NCBI GenBank assembly: GCA_963665845.2
Contig: OY762492.1
Span: 384,001-448,000 of the forward strand
Length of the DNA: 64,000 nt
DNA from: Candidatus Poribacteria bacterium
GTDB taxonomy: Bacteria > Poribacteria > WGA-4E > GCA-2687025
Direction: 5' to 3'
Shown here piece by piece: positions 1 to 8,328 of the stretch. The first letter of the stretch is position 1. Every line of letters starts with the position of its first letter. The position numbers were made by a program, and so were the translations under genes. The notes beneath the pieces were generated by a model, which saw only the letters and a list, made by a program, of their open reading frames with translations, did no database searches and was not told where the DNA came from.

Positions 1-56
1 GGGTCGAGTGGAACGACATTGACGGCCTTTTGGATGTGTATTTCCCCCGCCGTTGA
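1..56 (+). CDS. 3' end of a CDS entering the window (..VEWNDIDGLLDVYFPRR*), product unknown
   Basis: Open frame from position 3 to TGA at 54-56, followed by the repeat block; too short to identify. Confidence 0.4.
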   Translation, partial: VEWNDIDGLLDVYFPRR

Positions 57-75
57 CAAAAGAACCGCGATGATC

Positions 76-492
76 AGCGGGAATCCAGAAGCGCAGGCGT
101 ACCAAATCGTCATTCCCGCGCAAGCGGGAATCCAGAAGCGCAGGCGTACCAAATCGTCATTCCCGCGCAAGCGGGAATCTTAGGCGTCGCCGTTGCCGTC
201 TGAACTAGGATTGCCAGGATTGAAAAGATTTACTTGAGGTTTGCGAAAGCCGATACGCCCCGCCCCCAGTTCGTCATTCCCGCGCAAGCGGGAATCCAGA
301 GGCGGCGCAGAAACCGTCTGAACTAGGATTGCCAGGATTGAAAAGATTTACTTGAGGTTTGCGAAAGCCGATACGCCCCGCCCCCAGTTCGTCATTCCCG
401 CCCCTGCGGTAAAACGCGCGGGAATCCAGAGGCGGCGCAGAAACCGTCCGCGTTCGCCAGACGGAATGTCCCAACTTTAAGGGCAAGGTCAG
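76..492. repeat. Composite intergenic repeat block: 47-bp tandem unit, 118-bp tandem unit, four dRS3-like palindromes and the right half of a CTGACC-type MITE
   Basis: agcgggaatc recurs at 76, 123 and 170; ccgtctgaactaggattgcc recurs at 196 and 314; the block ends in aatgtcccaactttaagggcaaggtcag at 492. Confidence 0.9.
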
Positions 493-579
493 TATTTTGG
501 CGCTACAAAACGCTCTCAAAATCGCCTACACTGAAGAAAGCAAGCGGCGCAGGCATGAAGGCGAGTTGGATACGATCCC

Positions 580-2013
580 ATGGCGCAAAACTTTCCCGAC
601 AACGCGCTCTACCAGATGGACAACCTAGACGTCCTACGCGGCATGAACAGCGAAACGGTTGATCTGATCGCGACCGATCCGCCCTTCAACACGAAGCGCA
701 ACCGCGCAGGTTCGGCGGGCTTCTATGTCGACAACTGGAAGTGGGGCAACACGGGAATCCTGCCCGACCAGTGGCGCTGGAACGAAGTCCACCCCAAGTG
801 GCTGGAGGAGATCAAGGACGGGCATATGGAGCTGTACCACGCCATTGACGCGGCGAAACATTGTCAAGGCGAGGACACGACAGCCTTCCTCTGCTTTTTG
901 AGCGTCCGGCTGCTTGAAATGCATCGCGTCCTGAAGCCGACAGGTTCGATTTATTTGCATTGCGACCCGACAGCGAGCCACTACATTAAAATGTGCATGG
1001 ACGCCATCTGGGGCAAGAAGAACTTTCGGAATGAAGTTGTGTGGCGCTATAAGTCTGGCGGCGCAACGACCAGATACTTCGCAAAAAAGCACGATGTTAT
1101 TTTGTTTTATAGTAAAAAGAGCAACTATAAATTTAATGCGATCAAGGAGAAAAGTTATCAAGGCGTCGGATATAACACAGGAAACAAAAATGTGCGTTTA
1201 TATGAAGATGAACACGCTAACACTCTGGGACCGCATACATTGGTGAATCTCAAAGACTGGTGGCAGATAAAAATGTTAGCGACATCCTCAAACGAACGGA
1301 CAGGTTCGCCTGACCAGAAACCGCTAGAGCTCTATGAGCGCATCGTCAAGGCGGCCTCCAACGAAGGCGATCTGGTCTTGGATCCGTTCTGCGGCTGCGC
1401 GACGACGATCATCGCCGCGAACAACCTGAACCGCCGCTGGGTCGGCATCGACCGCCGAGTGGACGCGCGGTACCATATCATTACGCGGTTGATGGGCGCC
1501 ACGCGCAAGGAGCGGCAGTACTTTGAGAAGTTTGCGACCGACAAAGAGTGGCTTGATCAACAGATGCGCCAGTTCGAGATGCATTACCAGACGGAGCCGC
1601 CGACCCGCGACGACGACGCGGCAGACGCCCCGCCCGAGCTGGAGCAGGTGTACCATGTCCGCCCGGAAAAGCTGCATACGCATGCGGAAATGCATGAGAT
1701 TCTTGTGAACCAGTTTGGGCTGAAATGCTGGGGATGCAACTTTGAGCCGCCCGATAAACGTTATCTGCATCTAGACCATATCATTCCGAAGAGCGACGGC
1801 GGAACGAATCATATCGACAACCGCGCCCTGCTGTGCCAGCCGTGCAACAGCAAGAAATCGAACGCGATGAGTTTGAGCGCGCTTCGCAGAGCGAATAAGC
1901 GGGAAGGGTATATGCAGGACGGCGATCCCGTCAATCTCATGTCGGCGCTTTACTGGACGAGAGAGCGGCTGATCGAGAAGGTGCGGGAGACGCCGAGACA
2001 ATACAGCTATTGA
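580..2013 (+). CDS. Beta-class N6/N4 DNA methyltransferase fused to a C-terminal HNH endonuclease domain
   Basis: DPPF catalytic motif, then variable region, then QKP...DPFCGCATT SAM-binding motif; C-terminal CxxC...HLDHIIPKSDGGTN..N..LLCxxCNxxK HNH signature. Confidence 0.9.
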   Translation: MAQNFPDNALYQMDNLDVLRGMNSETVDLIATDPPFNTKRNRAGSAGFYVDNWKWGNTGILPDQWRWNEVHPKWLEEIKDGHMELYHAIDAAKHCQGEDTTAFLCFLSVRLLEMHRVLKPTGSIYLHCDPTASHYIKMCMDAIWGKKNFRNEVVWRYKSGGATTRYFAKKHDVILFYSKKSNYKFNAIKEKSYQGVGYNTGNKNVRLYEDEHANTLGPHTLVNLKDWWQIKMLATSSNERTGSPDQKPLELYERIVKAASNEGDLVLDPFCGCATTIIAANNLNRRWVGIDRRVDARYHIITRLMGATRKERQYFEKFATDKEWLDQQMRQFEMHYQTEPPTRDDDAADAPPELEQVYHVRPEKLHTHAEMHEILVNQFGLKCWGCNFEPPDKRYLHLDHIIPKSDGGTNHIDNRALLCQPCNSKKSNAMSLSALRRANKREGYMQDGDPVNLMSALYWTRERLIEKVRETPRQYSY

Positions 2014-2044
2014 ATAAGTCTGGCGGCTGAAGCGCACCATCCAT

Positions 2045-2126
2045 GACTCCCCCTTGAAAAGGGGGGCTGGGGGGTTTTAGCGGCGCGCGGCGGCGATGGC
2101 TTAAGATTCCCGCTTGCGCGGGAATG
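2045..2126. repeat. CCCCCTTGAAAAGGGGG palindrome plus dRS3-like palindrome (probable terminator-like hairpins)
   Basis: tcccccttgaaaagggggg near 2048-2067; gattcccgcttgcgcgggaat near 2105-2125. Confidence 0.8.
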
Positions 2127-2292
2127 CATGTCCTCGCGGAAGCGGGGAACGATCTGGTTGGGGCGCTTCCGTTAAGTTTGACCTTCGGGCATCGCTCTGA
2201 CATACTTATTAGACGGCAAATTATGTTGAAAACGTCCGGCGTATCGGTCGGCTAACGATGATTTTATGTCGTCTTTTTTGAAGGAGTTTCGA

Positions 2293-3306
2293 ATGCCTGT
2301 GCGTATCGGCATCAACGGGTTTGGGCGCATCGGCCGAAATTCGTTTCGGTCTATGTTGAACAAACATGCGGACAATATCGAGATCGCGGCGGTGAACGAT
2401 CTGACGCCGTCCAGCGTCAGCGCCCATCTGCTGCGTTACGATTCAAACTACGGCCCCTTCCAAGGAACCGTAGAAGAGGGGGAGAACGCGCTCGTCGTCA
2501 ACGGAAAAACGGTGCATTGCTTCGCTGAAGCTGACCCAGCGAAGATACCTTGGGACGACGCCGGCGTTGAAATCGTCGTGGAATCGACCGGCTTTTTCAC
2601 GGACGCCGAAAAAGCCGCCGGACATCTCGGCGGAAGCGTCCAAAAAACGATCATCAGCGCCCCCGCCTCCAACGAAGACCTGACCGTCGTCATCGGCGTC
2701 AACGAGGATGCTTACGACCCCGATCAGCACCATGTCGTCTCCAACGCTTCCTGCACAACAAACTGTCTCGCCCCCGTCGGCAAGGTTCTGCTCGATTCGT
2801 TCGGCATTGAAAAAGGTTTTATGACGACCGTTCACGCCTACACTGGCGACCAGAAGCTGCAGGACATTGGGCATAAAGACCTGCGACGCGCGCGCGCCGC
2901 CGCCGCCAACATCATCCCGACAACGACCGGCGCGGCAAAAGCGATCAGCCTTGTCATTCCAGAGCTGGAAGGCAAGATGCATGGGCTTTCGATGCGCGTT
3001 CCGACCTCGACCGTATCCATCGTCGACCTTGTCGTCGAAACCAGCAGGGATACGACGGAAGACGAGGTGAACGAGGCGCTCAAGGCGGCAGCCGAAGGGC
3101 GCATGGCGGGCGTGTTGGACGTATGCGGCGAAAAGCTGGTCTCCGCCGACTTCAAAGGCAGCGAGTTCTCCTCGATAGTGGACGCGCTTTCGACGCTGGT
3201 TCTGCAGGGCAACCTTGTCAAGATTCTTTCCTGGTACGACAACGAATGGGGCTATTCAACGCGCGTCGGCGATCTGGTTCATTACATTGCGCAGAAGGGT
3301 CTGTAA
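2293..3306 (+). CDS. gap: Type I glyceraldehyde-3-phosphate dehydrogenase
   Basis: GINGFGRIGR, SNASCTTNCL and WYDNEWGYS motifs; AAGGAG RBS before ATG at 2293. Confidence 0.98.
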   Translation: MPVRIGINGFGRIGRNSFRSMLNKHADNIEIAAVNDLTPSSVSAHLLRYDSNYGPFQGTVEEGENALVVNGKTVHCFAEADPAKIPWDDAGVEIVVESTGFFTDAEKAAGHLGGSVQKTIISAPASNEDLTVVIGVNEDAYDPDQHHVVSNASCTTNCLAPVGKVLLDSFGIEKGFMTTVHAYTGDQKLQDIGHKDLRRARAAAANIIPTTTGAAKAISLVIPELEGKMHGLSMRVPTSTVSIVDLVVETSRDTTEDEVNEALKAAAEGRMAGVLDVCGEKLVSADFKGSEFSSIVDALSTLVLQGNLVKILSWYDNEWGYSTRVGDLVHYIAQKGL

Positions 3307-3310
3307 CGGC

Positions 3311-4501
3311 GTGGCGCGCAAATGGAATGTTCATGATCTGAACGCGGCGGGCAAGACGGTTTTGGCGCGCGTCGATTTCAATGCGCCGTTGAACGGCGGC
3401 AAGGTTGTTGACGATACGCGCATCCGCGCCGCTCTTCCGACGATCCGCGCGCTTCAAAAACAGGGCGCGAAGATCGTTCTCGCGTCGCATCTCGGACGCC
3501 CAAAGGGGCGGCGGAATCTGGAGTATACGCTGGCGCCGATTGCGGAGCGTTTGAGCGCTCTTCTGGGTGAAACGGCGCGCTTCGTTCCCGACTGCGTCGG
3601 TCCGAGCGTCTCCGAGGCGGTGGAGCGGCTTGAACCGGGCGGCGTTTTATTGCTTGAAAACGTGCGCTTTTACCCGGGCGAGGAGGCGAACGATCCCGAA
3701 TTTGCCCGTCAGCTGGCGTCATACGCCGATCTGTATGTCAACGACGCCTTCGGAGCCGCGCACCGCGCGCATGCCTCCACGGTCGGCGCCGCGCAGATAC
3801 TGCGCCCCGCGGCGGTGGGCTTGCTCATGGAGCGGGAGCTGACCTATCTGAGCAGGGCGTTTGACCATCCGCCCCGTCCGTTTTACGCCGTTCTCGGCGG
3901 CGCGAAAGTGTCGGACAAGATCGGGGTTCTGCGCGCTCTCATGGACTCCGCCGACGCGATCCTGATCGGAGGCGCTATGGCGTACACCTTCCTTGTGGCG
4001 CTTGGACGGCAGGTCGGCAATTCGCTTGTTGAACCGAACAAGATCGAGACGGCGCGCGAGCTGATTGTGCAGTCGATGGTGAAACGCGCGCCGCTGTATC
4101 TCCCGATTGACCATATCATTGCGAAGGAGCTGTCGCCGGACGCCGAGGCGGCCGCCGCCTGGCGCGACACGATCCCTGAAGACTGCGAGGCGCTGGACAT
4201 CGGACCCGCGACCCTTGAAATGTACGCGCTCATCCTTCAGCGGGCGAAGACGATTGTATGGAACGGCCCGCTCGGCGTATACGAGATGGACGCCTTTGCG
4301 GGGGGAACGCTCGGCATGGCGCGCGCGCTGGCGGGAATGGACGCCGAAACGATCATCGGCGGAGGCGACTGCGCGGCGGCGGTTGAAAAAGCGGGCGTCG
4401 CCGACCGCATGACGCATGTCAGCACAGGCGGGGGCGCCGCGCTTGAATTTTTAGAAGGCCGCGAGCTGCCGGGCGTTGCGGCGTTGACCGATAAAATGTA
4501 A
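3311..4501 (+). CDS. pgk: Phosphoglycerate kinase
   Basis: RVDFNAP, SHLGRP, LLENVRF, NDAFGAAHRAHAS and STGGGA motifs; GTG start 4 nt after the gap stop. Confidence 0.97.
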   Translation: MARKWNVHDLNAAGKTVLARVDFNAPLNGGKVVDDTRIRAALPTIRALQKQGAKIVLASHLGRPKGRRNLEYTLAPIAERLSALLGETARFVPDCVGPSVSEAVERLEPGGVLLLENVRFYPGEEANDPEFARQLASYADLYVNDAFGAAHRAHASTVGAAQILRPAAVGLLMERELTYLSRAFDHPPRPFYAVLGGAKVSDKIGVLRALMDSADAILIGGAMAYTFLVALGRQVGNSLVEPNKIETARELIVQSMVKRAPLYLPIDHIIAKELSPDAEAAAAWRDTIPEDCEALDIGPATLEMYALILQRAKTIVWNGPLGVYEMDAFAGGTLGMARALAGMDAETIIGGGDCAAAVEKAGVADRMTHVSTGGGAALEFLEGRELPGVAALTDKM

Positions 4502-4517
4502 TATAGAAAAGAGAACG

Positions 4518-5285
4518 ATGCGAAGACCGATCATAGCCGGCAACTGGAAGATGAACATGACGCCCTCCGAGTCGGCTGCGTTTATAGAGGCGTTGTCGCC
4601 GTTGATTGCGGAAGCGGGAGACGCGGAGATTGTGGTCGCGCCGCCGTTTCCTGCGCTGTACGCGGTCGCGCTGTTGACAAAGGGCGGGGCGGTCAGCCGT
4701 CCCATACGGCTCGCCGCGCAGAACCTGCACTGGGAAGAGAAGGGCGCCTACACCGGCGAGGTTTCCGCCGAGATGCTTGCCGACATCGGCTGCGATTACG
4801 CGATTGTGGCGCACTCGGAACGGCGGCAGTACTTCGGCGAAACGAACGAAACGGCGGCGCTCAAAATCAAGGCGGCGTTGAAATGCGGAATCGCGCCGAT
4901 TTACTGTATCGGCGAGACGCTGGAAGAGCGCGAAGCGGGACAGGTTGAGGCGGTCTTGAAGGCGCAGTTGCGCGGCGGACTGGACGGCTTAACAGCGGAG
5001 CAGGCGCGATCCGCGACGGTCGCTTATGAGCCTGTCTGGGCGATCGGAACGGGAAAGACGGCGTCAGAGGAGCAGGCGCAGGAGGCGCACGCCCTCATAC
5101 GCGCGGAGCTTGCGGAGATGTTTGACGATAAAACTGCGCAGACGATACGTATACAGTACGGCGGCAGCATGAAGCCGGAGAACGCAGGCGGACTGCTGGC
5201 GCAGCCGGATATTGACGGCGGGTTGATCGGCGGCGCCAGCTTGGACGCCGACTCGTTCGCCCGCATTGTGATGGCAGCAAAGTGA
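4518..5285 (+). CDS. tpiA: Triosephosphate isomerase
   Basis: AGNWKM, HSERR, AYEPVWAIGTG and YGGS motifs. Confidence 0.98.
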   Translation: MRRPIIAGNWKMNMTPSESAAFIEALSPLIAEAGDAEIVVAPPFPALYAVALLTKGGAVSRPIRLAAQNLHWEEKGAYTGEVSAEMLADIGCDYAIVAHSERRQYFGETNETAALKIKAALKCGIAPIYCIGETLEEREAGQVEAVLKAQLRGGLDGLTAEQARSATVAYEPVWAIGTGKTASEEQAQEAHALIRAELAEMFDDKTAQTIRIQYGGSMKPENAGGLLAQPDIDGGLIGGASLDADSFARIVMAAK

Positions 5286-5311
5286 TGGCAGCAAACCGTT
5301 TGGAATAACGA

Positions 5312-5770
5312 ATGCCGATTTTAGAAGGAACCTTGACCGTCCTATTTGTGATCGTTTGCGTCATGATGATTCTTGCGATCCTGATTCAGCCGGGGAAAGG
5401 CGAAGGACTCGGAGCTATCGCCGGCATGTCGACTCAGACCTTTGGAGGGGCGGGTCCGACCTCGTTTCTGTCCAAGTTGACGGCGGGCATCGCTGTCGCC
5501 TATATGGTCATTGTGATTGCTCTCGGCAGGGTGACCGGCGGGGGAGCCGACATCACGCCGGCGACTGAAGAGCCGGAGATTCAAGCTGTCGAAACGGAGA
5601 ACGGAGAAACGGAAGCGACTGAAGACGCGGAAGAGAACGGCGAGACGGAAACGGAAGAAGGCGCTGATACGGACGATTCAAGCGACACGGAAAACGGAGA
5701 AACGGACGACGCGCAGCCCGCAGAATCGACCGAAACGGACGGCGCCGACGGCGCAGAAACAGATGAGTAA
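5312..5770 (+). CDS. secG: Preprotein translocase subunit SecG with a long acidic C-terminal tail
   Basis: Two TM segments around ILIQPGKGEGLG..FGG..SFLSKLT; usual position after tpiA. Confidence 0.9.
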   Translation: MPILEGTLTVLFVIVCVMMILAILIQPGKGEGLGAIAGMSTQTFGGAGPTSFLSKLTAGIAVAYMVIVIALGRVTGGGADITPATEEPEIQAVETENGETEATEDAEENGETETEEGADTDDSSDTENGETDDAQPAESTETDGADGAETDE

Positions 5771-6200
5771 CGTTCAGAAGGCGGCGCATGAATGGACGGC
5801 GCTGCCGGCGGCGGACCGTAAAGCGGTTTCCGCGGCGGTGGCGGCGGGCGCGGTAGGGATTTCATGCGCGGTCGGCGCGTTCTACGGGGCGTTTTTCGGT
5901 TTTTTATCGGCGGCGCTGCTCTTTGGCGGGACGGCGTCCCACTGGGTTCCGCGCCGTTATTCGGCGTTTCAAGATCGGCTGGAGGTGCGGTATCCGTTTT
6001 GGCCGCGCCCCGCCTCTTACGGCTGGAGTCAGTTTCGCGGTTGTCTGCGGGCGGGAGAATCGTTTTTGTTGAGTCGCCAGCCGGCCGACGCGGCGTTGGC
6101 GCGCCTTCGAGGCTTGCGCGTCGTCCTACCAAAAAACAGCGACTCTGAGGCGGAATGGATGCGCAGGCGCATTGAAAGCGCAGACGATAACCCAGCATGA
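5763..6200 (+). CDS. Hypothetical membrane protein
   Basis: Overlaps the secG stop and the next start; hydrophobic N-terminal half. Confidence 0.65.
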   Translation: MSNVQKAAHEWTALPAADRKAVSAAVAAGAVGISCAVGAFYGAFFGFLSAALLFGGTASHWVPRRYSAFQDRLEVRYPFWPRPASYGWSQFRGCLRAGESFLLSRQPADAALARLRGLRVVLPKNSDSEAEWMRRRIESADDNPA

Positions 6201-6559
6201 ACGACCCGAAGCCGATCTACGCAAACGAGATACCGACCGAACGGCGCGAACGGCTGTTGAACGGCGCCGCGCGCGGGATTGTGAACCGCCGGCTTGCAGG
6301 CGCGGCGCTGGTCGTCCTGGAAACGTGCAAGCCGCTCAACTTTGTCGGCTCTCAATTCATGCTGGCGCTGCATCCGCTTGTCTCCATTTTTTTTAAATAC
6401 AGAGCGGACGACTACCGCAACATGGCGCTGATACTGGAATCGGACGCGCATTTTGAGGAGCTGATCGACCGCATTGAAACGCTGGAGCAAAGGCGCCGAA
6501 ACGGAAAGCCTCAAGAAAAACCGCAAGAGAAAAACGAAGAGGAAACGCATGGCGGATAA
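6197..6559 (+). CDS. Conserved-looking hypothetical protein (LETCKPLNFVGSQ motif)
   Basis: ATGA overlap with the upstream gene; overlaps the next gene start. Confidence 0.7.
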   Translation: MNDPKPIYANEIPTERRERLLNGAARGIVNRRLAGAALVVLETCKPLNFVGSQFMLALHPLVSIFFKYRADDYRNMALILESDAHFEELIDRIETLEQRRRNGKPQEKPQEKNEEETHGG

Positions 6560-8321
6560 CAGGCTCCGCTCCATTTTAGCGACCGACTGCGGCAGCACGA
6601 CGACGAAGGCGATTCTGATCGAATATGTCGAGGAGGGGGAGGGCGGATCGTATCGGCTCATTGCGCGCGGCGAGTCGCCCACAACGGTGGAGGCGCCGGT
6701 TGAGGATGTGACGGTCGGCGCGCTGAACGCCGTCACCGAAACGCAGGAGATCGCCGGGCGTACCTTGACGCGCGATGGACGCATTTTGAAATCGAACGGC
6801 GGCGGCGAGGGCGTTGACATCTACATCTCAACAAGCAGCGCGGGGGGCGGCTTGCAGATGATGGTCGCCGGCGTCGTCCGCGCCATGACCGCTGAAAGCG
6901 CCGAACGGGCGGCGCTCGGCGCCGGGGCGATCGTCATGGACGTTGTCGCCTCAAACGACCGCCGACTTCCCCATGAAAAAATCGAACAGATTCGCCGTTT
7001 GAGACCTGACATGATCCTGCTTTCCGGCGGCGTTGACGGAGGGACGATCTCCCATGTCGCCGAACTGGCGGAGCTGATTGCGGCGGCGAACCCGACCGCG
7101 CGCCTCGGCGCCGGGTACGATCTCCCGATCATCTACGCCGGGAACGTGGACGCGCGGGAACTGGTGACGGAGCGGCTCGGAAAGCGCATGTCCCTGGAGA
7201 TTGTGGACAATCTGCGCCCCGTCCTTGAAAAAGAGAATCTGCTGCCCGCCCGTAAAATGATACAGTCCAAATTCTTAGAGCATGTCATGGCGCATGCCCC
7301 CGGCTACAAAAACTTGATGGAATGGACAGACGCGGACATCATGCCGACGCCGGGCGCGGTCGGTTATATGATGCAGACCATCGCGGAGGGGCGCGGCGTC
7401 AACATTTTAGGCGTCGACATCGGCGGCGCCACAACCGATGTGTTCTCCGTCTTCGACGGCGTCTTCAACCGAACCGTCAGCGCGAACCTCGGCATGAGCT
7501 ACAGCGTCTCCAACGTTCTGGCTGAAGCGGGCATTGACGACACGCTGCGCTGGATACCTTTTGAGGTGGACAAACGCGCGCTCCATAACAGCGTCAAAAA
7601 CAAAATGGTGCGCCCGACCACGATCCCGCAAACCGTCGACGACCTTGTCATAGAGCAGGCGATCGCCCGCGAAGCGCTGCGCCTCGCGTTTGAACAGCAT
7701 AAACTGTTGGCGACAGGGCTGCGCGGCGTTCAGCAGCAGCGCACCATCAGCGAAGCGTTCACGCAGACGGCGGCAGGCGAAACGCTGGTCGATATGGAAG
7801 CGCTGGATCTGATTGTCGGGAGCGGGGGCGTGTTGTCGCATGCGCCGAGACGGATTCAGTCCGCGGCGATGATGATCGATGCGTTTCAGCCGGTCGGAAT
7901 GACGCAGCTCGCCGTCGATTCGATCTTCATGATGCCGCAGCTGGGCGTACTTGCGCAGGTGGACGCGAAGGCGGCGATGGATGTGTTTGAACGCGACTGC
8001 CTCATCCCGCTCGGAACGGTCATCGCGCCGAACGGGGCGGCGGACGCGCGCTCCTCGCTCCATGTCAGCGGAACCTTCCCAGACGGCTCCCCCCTGGACG
8101 AGACGCTTCCGTCCTGCGCGATACGGCAATGGACGCTGGAGGCGGGCAGCAGCATGGAGGTGCGGTGCGTACCCAGCGGGTCGTTCAGCTTCGGCGAAGG
8201 GCGCGAGCGCGCCGCAACCTTTGAGGCGACGGGCGGCGCGGCGGGGCTGATTGTGGACGCGCGCGGACGACCCATGCGAGGCGTCCCCGGACAACTGAAC
8301 CTTTACCCGAACCGAAAGTGA
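6549..8321 (+). CDS. GlmL/MutL-like (glutamate mutase L family) ASKHA-fold ATPase
   Basis: ATDCGSTTTK phosphate-1 loop, SSAGGGLQM, GGVDGG, VDIGGATTDVFS and GSGGVLSH motifs; GAGG RBS before ATG 6549. Confidence 0.85.
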   Translation: MADNRLRSILATDCGSTTTKAILIEYVEEGEGGSYRLIARGESPTTVEAPVEDVTVGALNAVTETQEIAGRTLTRDGRILKSNGGGEGVDIYISTSSAGGGLQMMVAGVVRAMTAESAERAALGAGAIVMDVVASNDRRLPHEKIEQIRRLRPDMILLSGGVDGGTISHVAELAELIAAANPTARLGAGYDLPIIYAGNVDARELVTERLGKRMSLEIVDNLRPVLEKENLLPARKMIQSKFLEHVMAHAPGYKNLMEWTDADIMPTPGAVGYMMQTIAEGRGVNILGVDIGGATTDVFSVFDGVFNRTVSANLGMSYSVSNVLAEAGIDDTLRWIPFEVDKRALHNSVKNKMVRPTTIPQTVDDLVIEQAIAREALRLAFEQHKLLATGLRGVQQQRTISEAFTQTAAGETLVDMEALDLIVGSGGVLSHAPRRIQSAAMMIDAFQPVGMTQLAVDSIFMMPQLGVLAQVDAKAAMDVFERDCLIPLGTVIAPNGAADARSSLHVSGTFPDGSPLDETLPSCAIRQWTLEAGSSMEVRCVPSGSFSFGEGRERAATFEATGGAAGLIVDARGRPMRGVPGQLNLYPNRK

Positions 8322-8328
8322 GCTGACG

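Noticed and set aside
76-440. Possible CRISPR array
   Set aside because: Intervening sequences are duplicated rather than unique, periods differ (47 and 118 bp), no cas genes are present, and the repeat is dispersed across the window.
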